A DNA stretch of 64,000 nucleotides from an uncultured bacterium (GCA_963822585.1 CAWGIE010000026.1:388994-452993); one strand, 5' to 3'; shown: positions 52,545 through 62,936, counted from the first letter of the stretch. The notes: generated from the letters alone by a model not told the origin. Translations and numbers: made by a program.

Positions 52545-54341
52545 TTACTCTATATATATAAAACAATCCGCCCTGACAAGGTTCTTCTCGCCGGTAATGC
52601 CGATCCCGACCGCCCGGCAGATGGAGCATAGTCTGAGCAGAGGGACGATTGTTTCCCGGTATAATTCTTCCGGGAGGATCGGTTCTTCCGGGACAATTCT
52701 CTGATAGGGGAAGTACCACTTTCCCAGGTTGAGGACTGACTCGATGAACTGTTCTCCATTCAGATAGATCAGGCCGCTCCCCGCTGAGGGTATTTCCGAG
52801 ATTACTTTCCGGAAATCGGGATCTTCCCCGACGTTCCGGGCGGACCGCGAGCGAACATCGATCATCTTCTTCAGCAGGTCATGGGAACTTCCGATAATCA
52901 GACAGTCGTCCGAGAGCGCATACCCCGGCTGAATGAAGAGAAGACCCGAGAGGACGGTTATCTCCACCCCGTTATAAACCTCCTTGTTCGGATGGAGATT
53001 ATGGGCGACGGCGCTCCAGGCAACAATCCTCTCCATGAGAACGGCGGCCCGGCCGCGGTCCGTCACCGGAAGGATGAGGGCGAGAGGGGGAACCGGGAGG
53101 AACTCTTCACCGGTGATCCCTTCCGAAACCAGAGCGATTCTTTGCCCCAGCACGGGAAGGATATCAGCCTTCACGCTTAACCCCGTTGCTCTCTCCCAGT
53201 TCCGCAGATCGGCCAGGGGCGACGTTATCCCCTGGCGTGAGAACCATCCGATCGCGAGGGTGACCTGTTCCCATAACCGGGAGGGATCGGAGGCGACTGC
53301 AGCAAAAATCATCGCTCCGGCGGGCGCGAAGGAACGGAGAACGGCGTCATCACCCGTTCCCGCCAGGACCGAGCCGGCTTTGTCTTCCTCCCGGGTTATC
53401 ACGGCCTGGGACCGGAACCCATCGGCGTAGTCCAGCCGGCCCGCCACCGACCGCCAGGCGCTGAGGTCCCGTATAATCTCCTCCCCCCAGTCCGCCAGGA
53501 AAGAAACCGCGCCGGAACCGGAGAAAGAAACGGCCTTCATATCGCCCTCCCGGAGAAAACGGGAGGGTTTGAAATACCATTCCAGAAATTCCGGGGAGGA
53601 GGACGTGAGCTCGCCGAGAGCAGCGGTAAATTCCGGGGATTCGGATAGCTTACTCCCCTGCCCCTGCCGGCTCAGGTCGATAATCTGTTCAATAACCGGC
53701 CGGGCCGGTCCTTCTGCGATCGCCGCCGCCAGGTACCCGTCGATAAAGGTATAGGCACCATAAAAGGGAAAATCCTCGGAAGGACTGATCAGAACAACTC
53801 GCTCGTCCCCGTACTTCTCCTCGCTGAGGACGCGGTCTTCGGCCTTTTGCAGACGATCGCCGATCCTGAGCAGGACCTCCACCAGCCGGGCTTTCAAGCC
53901 GACCCGGGAGACCATGACCACCGAAGCCGGGCCGGCCTCGGCGGCCGGGAGTATCGCCAGGGCGATATCGTCTCCCGCCAGTTCCATCACGGTCGACCGG
54001 TCGAGGGAGAAGCCGTTTTGTTCCTTGAATTCATCCCGGAAGACCTCCAGCCTCTTTTCGATTCCTTCCTCTTGCCAGAGCCGCGAGCCGATCAATCCCC
54101 GGAAAAAATCACTCCCGGTGATTTTCTCCCAGGCGCCGCGGAGGTTACGGACGCGGATAAAAAACCCGGCCCGGGCCGGGATCATGCCGGCAAGTGAGTG
54201 CTCCTCGCCCCGGGAGAGAGAAACAACATCCACCACCGCCTTTCCGACGGTGGTGATACGCTCACGCCCTCCGGGTGACAGAATTAGGATTACCGCCGCC
54301 AGGATCGCCAGGACACCGATGCCGATTAACCATTTTTTCAT
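52545..54341 (-). CDS. Hypothetical membrane-anchored periplasmic protein (DUF3352-like repeats possible)
   Basis: 598 aa, N-terminal TM helix, two internally similar halves (EKYGD / EVYNGV, YTFIDGYL / YALSDDCLIIG). Confidence 0.6.
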   Translation of the reverse strand: MKKWLIGIGVLAILAAVILILSPGGRERITTVGKAVVDVVSLSRGEEHSLAGMIPARAGFFIRVRNLRGAWEKITGSDFFRGLIGSRLWQEEGIEKRLEVFRDEFKEQNGFSLDRSTVMELAGDDIALAILPAAEAGPASVVMVSRVGLKARLVEVLLRIGDRLQKAEDRVLSEEKYGDERVVLISPSEDFPFYGAYTFIDGYLAAAIAEGPARPVIEQIIDLSRQGQGSKLSESPEFTAALGELTSSSPEFLEWYFKPSRFLREGDMKAVSFSGSGAVSFLADWGEEIIRDLSAWRSVAGRLDYADGFRSQAVITREEDKAGSVLAGTGDDAVLRSFAPAGAMIFAAVASDPSRLWEQVTLAIGWFSRQGITSPLADLRNWERATGLSVKADILPVLGQRIALVSEGITGEEFLPVPPLALILPVTDRGRAAVLMERIVAWSAVAHNLHPNKEVYNGVEITVLSGLLFIQPGYALSDDCLIIGSSHDLLKKMIDVRSRSARNVGEDPDFRKVISEIPSAGSGLIYLNGEQFIESVLNLGKWYFPYQRIVPEEPILPEELYRETIVPLLRLCSICRAVGIGITGEKNLVRADCFIYIE

Positions 54342-54599
54342 TTATTTATTTTCCCTCTATTTAATTTTCCTCCGGAAAATTAAACATAACAGGCTGATTT
54401 AACTTTCTGATCAAATTAAAAGAAATTACCAATACGCAGAATATATCACTCGGTCTACTTTATTATATTCCTCATTTCAATTCACCAACATTTTTATATT
54501 GTGGCCGCCCCAGCACTCCCCTACTCCACCATCCCATCACTCCACTCTGTTCCCGATATCGTATTATCTCGCCCTTTCTCTCTGTTTGGCTGTCTATCG

Positions 54600-55568
54600 T
54601 TACTCAAACAAATAGCACGCCACCCGGTGGCCCGGAGCGATCTCCCTTAAAGCGGGAACTGCCTCCCGGCAATGGTCCATCCGCCGGGGACAGCGCGGAT
54701 AGAAAAGACAGCCGGTTTCAGCGGCGGGGAGGTCTTTTTCCGTTATCTCCTGACCGACGCCGGGAGGCGCCGCCGAGGGATCGGGGACGGGGATTGACTC
54801 CAGAAGAGCCACGGTATAGGGGTGCGCCGGGTTCCGGTAAAGTTCCCTGCTGGATGCTTCTTCGACGATCTTCCCCAGATACATCACGGCCACCCGGTCA
54901 GATATATGCTCGACGACACTTAAATCATGGGCAATGAGCAGGTACGTCAGTCCCAAGCGCTCCTGAAGATCGGAGAGAAGATTGAGGATCTGGGCCTGGA
55001 TGGAAACGTCGAGGGAAGAGACCGGTTCATCACAGAGCACGAAGGCCGGATTGAGGGCGATGGCCCGGGCAATCCCGATCCGCTGGCGCTGCCCTCCGGA
55101 GAACTCGTGGGGATACATCCGGACAGAGTCCGCGGGAAGACCGACAATCTCCAGCAACTCGGAAACCCGGGTCGCGATCTCCCGCTTCGTTCCGACATGG
55201 AAATTGTTCAGACCTTCGGCGACGATCTCTCCCACCCGCATCCGGGGGTTGAGAGATCCATACGGGTCCTGAAAGATGATCTGCATCCCCCGGCGGGTCT
55301 CTTTCAGCTCTCTCCGTCCCAGTTGAAACAGGTCGCTCCCCGCGAAGAAAACCTTCCCTTGGTCGGCGGGGAGAAGCCGGAGAAGCAGGCGCCCCAGGGT
55401 GGTCTTCCCGGAACCGGTCTCCCCGACCACTCCCAGTGTCTCTCCCTTCCCGATCCGGAAGCTGACGCCGTCAACCGCCCGGATGTACCCCGTCGTCCGG
55501 CGCAGTACTCCCCGTCTGATGGGGAAATACTTCTTTAAATCAATTGCCTCGATTAAAACTTCACTCAT
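54600..55568 (-). CDS. Oligopeptide/dipeptide ABC transporter ATP-binding protein (OppF-like)
   Basis: GETGSGKT, FQDPYGSLNP, YPHEFSGGQRQR, HPYT, C-terminal Cys motif. Confidence 0.92.
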   Translation of the reverse strand: MSEVLIEAIDLKKYFPIRRGVLRRTTGYIRAVDGVSFRIGKGETLGVVGETGSGKTTLGRLLLRLLPADQGKVFFAGSDLFQLGRRELKETRRGMQIIFQDPYGSLNPRMRVGEIVAEGLNNFHVGTKREIATRVSELLEIVGLPADSVRMYPHEFSGGQRQRIGIARAIALNPAFVLCDEPVSSLDVSIQAQILNLLSDLQERLGLTYLLIAHDLSVVEHISDRVAVMYLGKIVEEASSRELYRNPAHPYTVALLESIPVPDPSAAPPGVGQEITEKDLPAAETGCLFYPRCPRRMDHCREAVPALREIAPGHRVACYLFE

Positions 55569-55610
55569 GTCGACAGTAAATATCCTCGTCTTCGCACATA
55601 TGATTTGGAT

Positions 55611-55709
55611 GGGAGTACTGGAATATTGGAGTACTGGAGTGTTGGATAAACCACCGCGGCCGGCCGCCCACTACTCCATCACTCCATTACTCCATTACTC
55701 CATCACTCC
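55611..55709. repeat. 8-mer tandem-repeat hairpin overlapping the stop of the OppD-like gene
   Basis: GGAGTACTGGAATATTGGAGTACTGGAGTGTTGG ... CTACTCCATCACTCCATTACTCCATTACTCCATCACTCC. Confidence 0.8.
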
Positions 55710-56694
55710 GTGTTTTTCCTTCACAAAGATGACATTCAACCCAGTGTTTCCGACCGACCTCCCTCGTCACCGGCTCTTCTCTCCGACAGATCTCCTCGGC
55801 CAGGGGACAGCGGGGATGGAAAGAACAGCCGCCGGGGATCCGCTGCAGCGTCGGGACATGCCCGCGGATCGTTTTCAGCCGGCGCTTCTCTTCTCCCAGG
55901 CGGGGGATCGATTCCATCAGGGCCCGGGTATAGGGATGACAGGGACGGGAAAAAAGCTCCGGTGTCGTCGCCGTCTCCACGATCCTTCCCAGATACATGA
56001 CGGCCACCCCGTCGGTCTCCTGGGCGACCACCCCCAGATCGTGGGTGACCAGCAGAACGGCCATCCGGTAGCCGTCCCGAAGCCGGGAAAGAAGGTTCAG
56101 GATCCGGGCCTGAACGGTGACATCAAGCGCCGTTGTCGGTTCGTCGGCGATCAGGATGCCGGGACGGCAGGCCAGAGCCATCGCGATCATGACCCGCTGG
56201 CGCTGACCGCCCGACAGTTGATGGGGGTAGTCCTCCATCCGGCGGGACGCGTCGGGGAAATCCACATCCCGGAGAAGGTCGACGGCGCGCCGACGGGCTT
56301 CTCCCCGGCCCACATGCTCATGGACCAGGAGAGCCTCCATGATCTGATCCCCGATCGTGTACACGGGGTTAAGGGAGGTCATCGGCTCCTGGAAGATCAT
56401 GGCCATCTTCTTCCCCCGGACCTTCCGCATCTCTCTCTCGGAAAGCGAGAGGATATCCAGCACTTTCTCCTCCCGGCTCCGGAGCAGGATGCTTCCGGAC
56501 TCGACGGTCCCCGGAGGGGGTACCAGGCGCATCAGGGAGAGGGCGGTCACCGTCTTGCCGCAGCCCGACTCGCCCACCAGACCCAGGGTTTCACCCCGGG
56601 AGATCGAAAAGCCGACCCCCCGCACCGCCCGCAGGAGGCCTTCTTCGGCGTGAAAATAGGTATGGAGATTCCGCACTTCGATGCTGGCGGTCAT
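55687..56694 (-). CDS. Oligopeptide/dipeptide ABC transporter ATP-binding protein (OppD-like)
   Basis: [34 protein letters not shown]. Confidence 0.92.
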   Translation of the reverse strand: MTASIEVRNLHTYFHAEEGLLRAVRGVGFSISRGETLGLVGESGCGKTVTALSLMRLVPPPGTVESGSILLRSREEKVLDILSLSEREMRKVRGKKMAMIFQEPMTSLNPVYTIGDQIMEALLVHEHVGRGEARRRAVDLLRDVDFPDASRRMEDYPHQLSGGQRQRVMIAMALACRPGILIADEPTTALDVTVQARILNLLSRLRDGYRMAVLLVTHDLGVVAQETDGVAVMYLGRIVETATTPELFSRPCHPYTRALMESIPRLGEEKRRLKTIRGHVPTLQRIPGGCSFHPRCPLAEEICRREEPVTREVGRKHWVECHLCEGKTRSDGVME

Positions 56695-57659
56695 TGTTCC
56701 CCTCCCCGCAGACGCGGGTCAAGAGCGTCCCGTACGGTATCGCCAAATATATGCATTGTCAAGCTGATGAAGAAGATGGCGCCGGTGGCCGCCGCCAGCT
56801 GCCACCAGACCCCCCGGAAAAGTTCCAGCTTGGCGTCGTCGATCATCACCCCCCAGCTGGGAACGTTCTTCACCCCCAGCCCCAGGAAACTCAGGATCAC
56901 CTCGGCGTGGATATAGCCGATGAAACTGAGGGAGAAGGTGATCACGACCAGATGAAAGACATTGGGAAGGATCTGTCGGAAAATGATCCGGGGACCCGGC
57001 GCGCCCAGGGAACGAGCGGCGAGCACGTAATCGCGTTCCCGGTGCTTGAGAACTTCCCCCCGGATCAAACGGCACAGGCCCACCCATCCGGTCAGCCCCA
57101 GTGCCAGGTATACGGCATTGATCCCCCGGATCCGGAATTCATGTCCCACAAGAGAGAAGTGCTTGTCCTGGAGGACGAAAGCAAAGGCCAGAATCAGGAG
57201 ATAGTACGGGATCGACTGGAGCGTGCTGTAGAGCCAGGTGATCAGGGCGTCGATCTTCCCGCCGCAGTAGCCGGCCAGCAGTCCCAGGGTCAGGCCGATG
57301 ACCGCGGCCAGGACGGAAGCGATCAGGGCCACCGTGACCGCCACCCGGGTGCCGTACACGGTCTTGGCGAAGACGTCCCGGCCATAGATATCGGTACCGA
57401 ACCAGTGCTCTCCGGAGGGCCGGCGATAGGCTTGATCGAAGTTCTCGCTCTTCCAGTCCGGCGTATGCCAGCCCGTGTAGACCCAGAGGGCAACGGCCAG
57501 GTAGAGGAGTATCACGGAGAGGGAGATCACCGCCCGGGGGCGATGGATGATCTCCCTCCACGCCGATCGCCAATAACCGCTATTTTTTGACAGGACGATT
57601 TCGGGACAGGACGATTCTTTTGAACGTTGAGCGTTGGACGTTGAAAGTTGAGCGTTCAT
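56691..57659 (-). CDS. Peptide ABC transporter permease (OppC-like)
   Basis: HWFGTDIYGRD, EAA-type motif YVLAARSLGA, LSFLGLG, DALDP; start uncertain because the upstream ORF extension is repeat-derived. Confidence 0.88.
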   Translation of the reverse strand: MNAQLSTSNAQRSKESSCPEIVLSKNSGYWRSAWREIIHRPRAVISLSVILLYLAVALWVYTGWHTPDWKSENFDQAYRRPSGEHWFGTDIYGRDVFAKTVYGTRVAVTVALIASVLAAVIGLTLGLLAGYCGGKIDALITWLYSTLQSIPYYLLILAFAFVLQDKHFSLVGHEFRIRGINAVYLALGLTGWVGLCRLIRGEVLKHRERDYVLAARSLGAPGPRIIFRQILPNVFHLVVITFSLSFIGYIHAEVILSFLGLGVKNVPSWGVMIDDAKLELFRGVWWQLAAATGAIFFISLTMHIFGDTVRDALDPRLRGGEQ

Positions 57660-57667
57660 CTTGGTGT

Positions 57668-57924
57668 TTCTTAGTGCCTTTGTGTCTTGGTGGTTATCCA
57701 AGGGGCCGAGGTCGGGTCTTTTTACTTCTTGCGTCTTTTGCGCCTCTTTGCGGCTAATCAAGGGGCCTAGGTCGGGTCTTTTACCATTTTGCGTCTTTTG
57801 CGCCTCTTTGCGGCTATTAAAAGGGGCCGAGGTAGAGGCTTTTACCATTTTGCGTCTTTTGCGCCTTTTTGCGGCTAAATAAGGGGCCGAGGTAGAGGCC
57901 AATTTATTTTAGTTTTTGCGGCTA
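57668..57924. repeat. ~60-bp tandem array (about 4 units) of the GxxExxY-associated repeat
   Basis: Unit TTGCGTCTTTTGCGCCTYTTTGCGGCTA-ATYAA-GGGGCCGAGGT(CGGGTC/AGAGGC); same unit as 59621-59881. Confidence 0.9.
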
Positions 57925-58908
57925 CTTTAAAGAAACCCGCGGATCGACCAGCGCGTAAAGAAGATCGGTCACCAGGAGCGCTCCCAGATAGATCAGGGAG
58001 CCGATAAAAGTCAGGGCATTGATCACCGGCCAATCGGAACTGTTGACCGCATCAACCAGCATGTAGCCGAGCCCCGGGATGGCGAAGAACCTCTCCAGGA
58101 GCAGCGAACCCAGGAAAAGAAAGGGGATAACCACCCCCACCTGGGTGATGATGGGGATCATCGCGTTCTTCAGGACATGTCCGAACATCACCCTCCCCTC
58201 CCCCGCCCCCTTGGCCCGCGCGGTCCGGACGTAATCGGAGCGGACCTCATCGAGCATAACGGTTCGGTAGAACCTGACCCCGGCGCCCAGCCCCGCCGTC
58301 ACGCCGAGGAGGACGGGGAGGGCGACATACTGAATCACCGGAAAACCGAACCCCTGGGGATACCCGTATACCGGGTACCATCCCAGCCTGCCGGCCAGAA
58401 AAACCTGGCCGGCAATGATCAGGGCCAGGTAGGGGACGCTCATCCCGATGACCGACAGGACCAGGACCGTCCGGTCGAAGATTCTCCCTCTGCGGAAAGC
58501 GCAGAACATGGCGATCGTTATCTGGAGAAAAAGCCCGATAATAAAGGAAGGCACGGTGATGGAGAGCGAGGGCACCGCCCCGTCCCGGATCATCTGACTG
58601 ATCTTCCGTCGGTACTGCTCCGAGCGGCCGAAACGGAAGGTGAAGGTATCGGCCAGGTGACGGAAGAGCTGGTTATCAGCGAACGCCCTCACGTCCCCGT
58701 GGAGAAGCTTCCCGACCGGGGGCCAGAGCGGCCGATCGAAACCAAGCTGCCGGCGGAGCTGTTCTTTCTGGAGGGCGGTGGCGTACTTCCCGGCGATCCG
58801 GTCGACCGGGTCGCCCCCGACCACCCGGAAGAGGAGGAACGTAATCAGGGATATCCCGACCACGATCGGAACCAGGTAAAGAATCCGCCGTATAAAATAA
58901 CCGATCAT
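57922..58908 (-). CDS. Peptide ABC transporter permease (OppB-like)
   Basis: YFIRRIL, DYVRTARAKG, HVLKNAMIP, DLLYALVDPRV. Confidence 0.92.
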   Translation of the reverse strand: MIGYFIRRILYLVPIVVGISLITFLLFRVVGGDPVDRIAGKYATALQKEQLRRQLGFDRPLWPPVGKLLHGDVRAFADNQLFRHLADTFTFRFGRSEQYRRKISQMIRDGAVPSLSITVPSFIIGLFLQITIAMFCAFRRGRIFDRTVLVLSVIGMSVPYLALIIAGQVFLAGRLGWYPVYGYPQGFGFPVIQYVALPVLLGVTAGLGAGVRFYRTVMLDEVRSDYVRTARAKGAGEGRVMFGHVLKNAMIPIITQVGVVIPFLFLGSLLLERFFAIPGLGYMLVDAVNSSDWPVINALTFIGSLIYLGALLVTDLLYALVDPRVSLK

Positions 58909-58913
58909 AGTAC

Positions 58914-59219
58914 TTCGCCGCGAAAACGCAAAAACTCGTAAGAGTTTCCCCCTACCTCGCCCCCTTTATTCAGCCGCAAAAATGCGCAAAAAGCGCAAGA
59001 GTTCCCTCTCCCTCGCCCCCTTAAAATAACAGACGATTGAATGGGATGGAATGTGATGGCCTATCTCGGGCTTCTCCGTTCATTGTTGAACGTTCAACAT
59101 TGGACGTTCATCTTTTATCTCCCCCTACCCCACCCCCTTTTTTTAGCCGCAAAAAGGCGCAAAATACGCAAGAGGTCCCCCTACCTCGCCCTCCATTATT
59201 TTGCTGCAAAGAAGCGAAA
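58914..59219. repeat. Inverted, more degenerate copies of the GxxExxY-associated repeat
   Basis: TAGCCGCAAAAAGGCGCAAAATACGCAAGA...CTACCTCGCCC at about 58915, 58971, 59144 and 59201. Confidence 0.8.
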
Positions 59220-59609
59220 TTATATTTTAGACAAAGCGTACTTTTTGATCTCCAGTTTCGGGGCTCCGAAATTTATCAACAGGCCATGTTCGATACGACA
59301 TGCCCGCAGATATCCGAGTAATTGCGCGGTATGTTCGGATGACAAACTGCGGCAGGCCTTTAGTTCCACGATGATCATATCTTCAATGAATAAATCCGCT
59401 ATGTAGTCCCCCAGAATAGTCCCATCTTCGTCATAGACTTTGACTGGATGTTGTTTCTTCACCTTTAAACCCAGCTTTTTCAGTCTGTGAGCCAGGCCAT
59501 TTTCATACACTTTTTCCAGGTGCCCGTGTTTCAAATAGCAATGTAATGCGAAACTTGTTTCTCGAATACGGTCAGACAACTGAAATATATCTTTCATATC
59601 CTTCATCAT
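59220..59609 (-). CDS. GxxExxY family protein (PD-(D/E)XK nuclease-like)
   Basis: 129 aa; GHLEKVY, IADL, IIVELK, QLLGYL, GLLINFG; AT-richer than its neighbours. Confidence 0.92.
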   Translation of the reverse strand: MMKDMKDIFQLSDRIRETSFALHCYLKHGHLEKVYENGLAHRLKKLGLKVKKQHPVKVYDEDGTILGDYIADLFIEDMIIVELKACRSLSSEHTAQLLGYLRACRIEHGLLINFGAPKLEIKKYALSKI

Positions 59610-59620
59610 ATTTTCCTTTT

Positions 59621-59881
59621 TCTTGCGTTTTTTGCGTCTTTTTGCGGCTATTAAATGGGGCCGAGGTCGGGTCTTTTTACTTCTTGCGTCTTTTGCGCCT
59701 CTTTGCGGCTATTAAAGGGGGCCGAGGTCGGGTCTGTTCCCATTTTGCGTCTTTTGCGCCTTTTCGCGGCTATTAAAGGGGGCCGAGGTCGGGTCTGTTC
59801 CCATTTTGCGTCTTTTGCGCCTTTTCGCGGCTAATCAAGGAGCCGAGGTAGAGGCAAACTATATTAATATCTTTGCGGCTA
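59621..59881. repeat. ~61-bp tandem array (4 units plus terminal stub) of the GxxExxY-associated repeat
   Basis: Units start near 59621, 59682, 59743 and 59804; the terminal TTTGCGGCTA overlaps the upstream TAG stop. Confidence 0.9.
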
Positions 59882-61669
59882 TTTTAGCATTTGCTTTCGT
59901 TGTTCCGTGTCGATCCGCTGGTACTTCATCGCGCTGTAGTCGAAGTCGTTGGGATAGTAGTTTTTGAGCCAGTCGTAGTAGAGGGCATAGACCACCCGGT
60001 AGGTCCCGAGCAGCCAGGGGCAGTCCTCGATCACGATGTCCTCCATCCGGTGATAGAGAGGGATTCTTTCTTCCGGGTCGGAGAGGGAGATCGCATCCTC
60101 GTAGAGGGCGTTGAAAGCCGGGTTGTCGTAGTTGCAGGAGTTGGGACCCGGGGAGCGGTTGGGACCGTAAAAGAGGAGGAGGAAGTTCTGGGCGTCGGGG
60201 TAGTCCGCCACCCATCCCAGGGCGAAAATCTGGTGGCTGCGGGTCTTGGTGGCATCCTGGAACTTGGGCCAGGTCATGTAATCCACCTCCACCTCCAGTC
60301 CCACCCGCTCCATCTGGATCCGGAAGAACTCCCCCGTTTGCCGGGCCGTAGTGTCGGTCCCGGCGACGGCCAGCTTGAGAGGAGGGATCGGCCCTCCCTG
60401 GATCTTCTCCGCCGCGGCGAGCAGCCGCCGGGCGGCGTCTGGATCGTACCGGACATAGGGGTTCACTTTATCCGGACGGTATCCCGGGATCATGGGCGGG
60501 ATCGGGCCGACCGGGATTCTTCCCCGGCCGTTGAGGAAGGTCTCGATGTAGGTCTCCCGGTCGAAGGCCAGGCTCATCGCTTGCCGGAGGGGCCGGTTGC
60601 GGCCCACCACCGGATCGTCCATGTTGAAGCCGTAATAGAAGATGGAGGGGTCTTCCACCTTGATCAGGTTGATCCCTTTATTCCTCAACTCCGGGGTCAG
60701 TTCTTTCTCCGGGGTGATGGCCCGGTCGAAGCTGTCCTTGGGGATCCCGGCGGCGTCGATATCCCCCGCCAGGAAGGCCAGCCAGCGCGGCTGGTCTTCC
60801 TCGATAAACGAATACTCGATCCGGTCCAGGAAGGGGATCGTCTTCCCGGCATCGGCCAGAAGCCCCCGCCTGGCCAGTTCCGGAGAAGCGGTGGAGGGAT
60901 ATTTCTGCCCGCGGAAGTTTTTGTTCCTTACCATCGAGAAGCGGTTGGAGCGGAAATTCCCCTCCAGCGTGAAAGGTCCCGTCCCCACGGGATGATTGAC
61001 CACATCTTTCCCGTACCGCTCGACCGCTTCCCGGGCCATGGGGGCGGTCGGAAGATGGGCCAGCCAGTAGAGGAGGAAATTATGGGGCTTGGTCAGGCGG
61101 ATCTCCAGGGTGTAGGGATCGGGGGCCCGGAGCCCTTCGACCGGCCGATCATAATCCACTTCGGCGGCGGTGGCGGTATATTCGCGGAATTCTTCCAGTC
61201 CTTTTACGTATCCCTGGAAGATCGAGGAGTAGTTGGTGGAGCGGCTGTTCAGGTCGGCCATTCGTTTCCAGGCGTAAATGAAGTCCTCCGCGGTCAGCTC
61301 CCTCCCTTTCCCTCCCGGGAAAGCCGGGTCGTCGGCGAAGAGGACCCCTTGCTTGATTTTGATCGTGTAGGTCATCCCGTCGGCGCTGATCTCCGGCATT
61401 CCCTCCGCCAGAAGGGGGATCACCCGGTAAGGTCGTTCCAGGTAGGCATAGGTGTAAAGCGGCTCGAAGATCCGGGCGGCCACGGAGGAACTGGTGGTAT
61501 CTCCGATATCCTGCGGATCAAGCCCCCGTATCTTGGCGGCGAGGGCGGCCCGACGGACCATCTCCCCCCCCCTTCCTCCGCCGCTGTCGCCTTTATAATA
61601 AAAGGGAACGGTGAGAAAGGCGGCCAGGAGAATGACCGCCGCGATCCCCAATGTCAGCCAGATTCTCAT
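59879..61669 (-). CDS. Peptide ABC transporter substrate-binding protein (family 5)
   Basis: LDPQ, IFEPLY, LTAEDFIYAWKR, PVGTGPF, GWVADYPD. Confidence 0.9.
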   Translation of the reverse strand: MRIWLTLGIAAVILLAAFLTVPFYYKGDSGGGRGGEMVRRAALAAKIRGLDPQDIGDTTSSSVAARIFEPLYTYAYLERPYRVIPLLAEGMPEISADGMTYTIKIKQGVLFADDPAFPGGKGRELTAEDFIYAWKRMADLNSRSTNYSSIFQGYVKGLEEFREYTATAAEVDYDRPVEGLRAPDPYTLEIRLTKPHNFLLYWLAHLPTAPMAREAVERYGKDVVNHPVGTGPFTLEGNFRSNRFSMVRNKNFRGQKYPSTASPELARRGLLADAGKTIPFLDRIEYSFIEEDQPRWLAFLAGDIDAAGIPKDSFDRAITPEKELTPELRNKGINLIKVEDPSIFYYGFNMDDPVVGRNRPLRQAMSLAFDRETYIETFLNGRGRIPVGPIPPMIPGYRPDKVNPYVRYDPDAARRLLAAAEKIQGGPIPPLKLAVAGTDTTARQTGEFFRIQMERVGLEVEVDYMTWPKFQDATKTRSHQIFALGWVADYPDAQNFLLLFYGPNRSPGPNSCNYDNPAFNALYEDAISLSDPEERIPLYHRMEDIVIEDCPWLLGTYRVVYALYYDWLKNYYPNDFDYSAMKYQRIDTEQRKQMLK

Positions 61670-61671
61670 TA

Positions 61672-61933
61672 TAAATTAGCGCCTACGGCGCTACTTTATC
61701 TGGACCCGACTTCGTCGGGTCTGTTGCTTAAACTACATTTATTTCACCAATACAACATAAGAAAAAGGTTTCCCTGACCTCAGCCAACATTTCACACTAA
61801 TTGCATGAAAATTCTATTGGCCAAATGTTGTACAAATAATATTTTTATGCAGCAAAAATAATAAATTAATCAAATCAATCTATTTGAAGGTTCTTGTATG
61901 GCTGTTTTGGAATTTCTTGATATTCAGAAGCAA
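61672..61933 (+). mobile_element. Dispersed element unit abutting the SBP gene start
   Basis: TAAATTAGCGCC-TAC-GGCGCTA..., homologous to 7568-7696; degenerate inverted and forward end motifs at 61902-61933. Confidence 0.6.
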
Positions 61934-61937
61934 AGAA

Positions 61938-62936
61938 TTACAGCGAATCGAGAGGGCTTGTCACGCCCCGGCCCCCCTTATTGAGGACATGGGTGTATAT
62001 CATTGTGGTTGAGACATCCGCATGGCCCAGCAGGTCCTGAATGGTGCGAATATCATATCCGTTTGCCAGCAGATGGGTGGCAAAACTGTGGCGAAAAGTG
62101 TGGCTGGTTACCCGCTTGTTGATCCCCGCTAACCGGACGGCGATTTTCAGCGCTTTTTGAAAGGCGGACGGGTGAATATGATGCCGCCGGGTTTTGCCGG
62201 TCCGGGGATCCCGCGACCGGGCAGGCGCCGGAAAGACATACTGCCAGATCCACTGCTTCCCCGCCAGGGGGTATTTCCTCTCCAGTGCCGGTGGCAGATA
62301 GACAGACCCAAAGCCCTCAGTTTTATCCCGGTCATGGATGATCCTGACCCGTTCCAGGTGCGCATCCAGTTCCGGCTGGATGCTCTCCGGGAGCATCGTC
62401 CTCCGGTCCTTGTCGCCCTTCCCGCTCCGGACCGTCAGCTGGTTGGCCGAAAAATCGAGATCCTGGACCCGGAGCCGGACACACTCCATCAGCCTGAGTC
62501 CGCTCCCCTACATCAGCTTCGCCATCAGTTTCGGCAGCCCGGACATCGCTCCCAGAACCCGTTGCGTCTCTTCCCGGGTCATCACCACCGGCAGTTTCTG
62601 GCGGCGGGGGGCTCGGCGAGCGTTGATCGGATCCTCCAGGGGAATCTTCAATACCTCCTTATAAAGAAAGAGGAGTGCATTGAAGGCCTGGTTCTGGGTC
62701 GACCGCCCGATCTTCTCTTCGGTGGACAAGTGGGAGAGAAAGGCCTCTATCTCCGGAATCCCCATTTTCCGGGGATGCTTCATCTTGTGGAATATGCAGT
62801 ACCGCTTGATCCAGTTTATATAGGAGCGCTCGGTGCGGATCGAGTAATGGCGAAGACGCATGATCTCATGGACGTTATCCAACAGATTTTTCTTTCTTTG
62901 TGGGGGATTTCCTGATAGACTTGGTTGGTTGCTCAT
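61938..62936 (-). pseudogene. intI: Integron integrase with an in-frame amber stop
   Basis: HYSIRTERSY, STQNQAFNALLFLY, LM*GSGLR (TAG 62508-62510 where Tyr is expected), GKGDKDR, integron-specific [12 protein letters not shown]...[26 protein letters not shown]; both halves in the same frame. Confidence 0.92.

Noticed and set aside
59621..59881. CRISPR array
   Set aside because: The spacer-like parts are near-identical between units and there are no cas genes; it is a plain tandem repeat. The same applies to 57668-57924.
59891..61777. Long plus-strand ORFs (e.g. 24418-25998, 41950-43722, 49083-50456, 55399-56916, 59891-61777)
   Set aside because: Antisense shadows of well-identified GC-rich genes, with no recognisable motifs.
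62508..62510. Genome-wide TAG recoding or pyrrolysine
   Set aside because: TAG ends many conserved genes at their expected lengths, and no pyl genes are visible.
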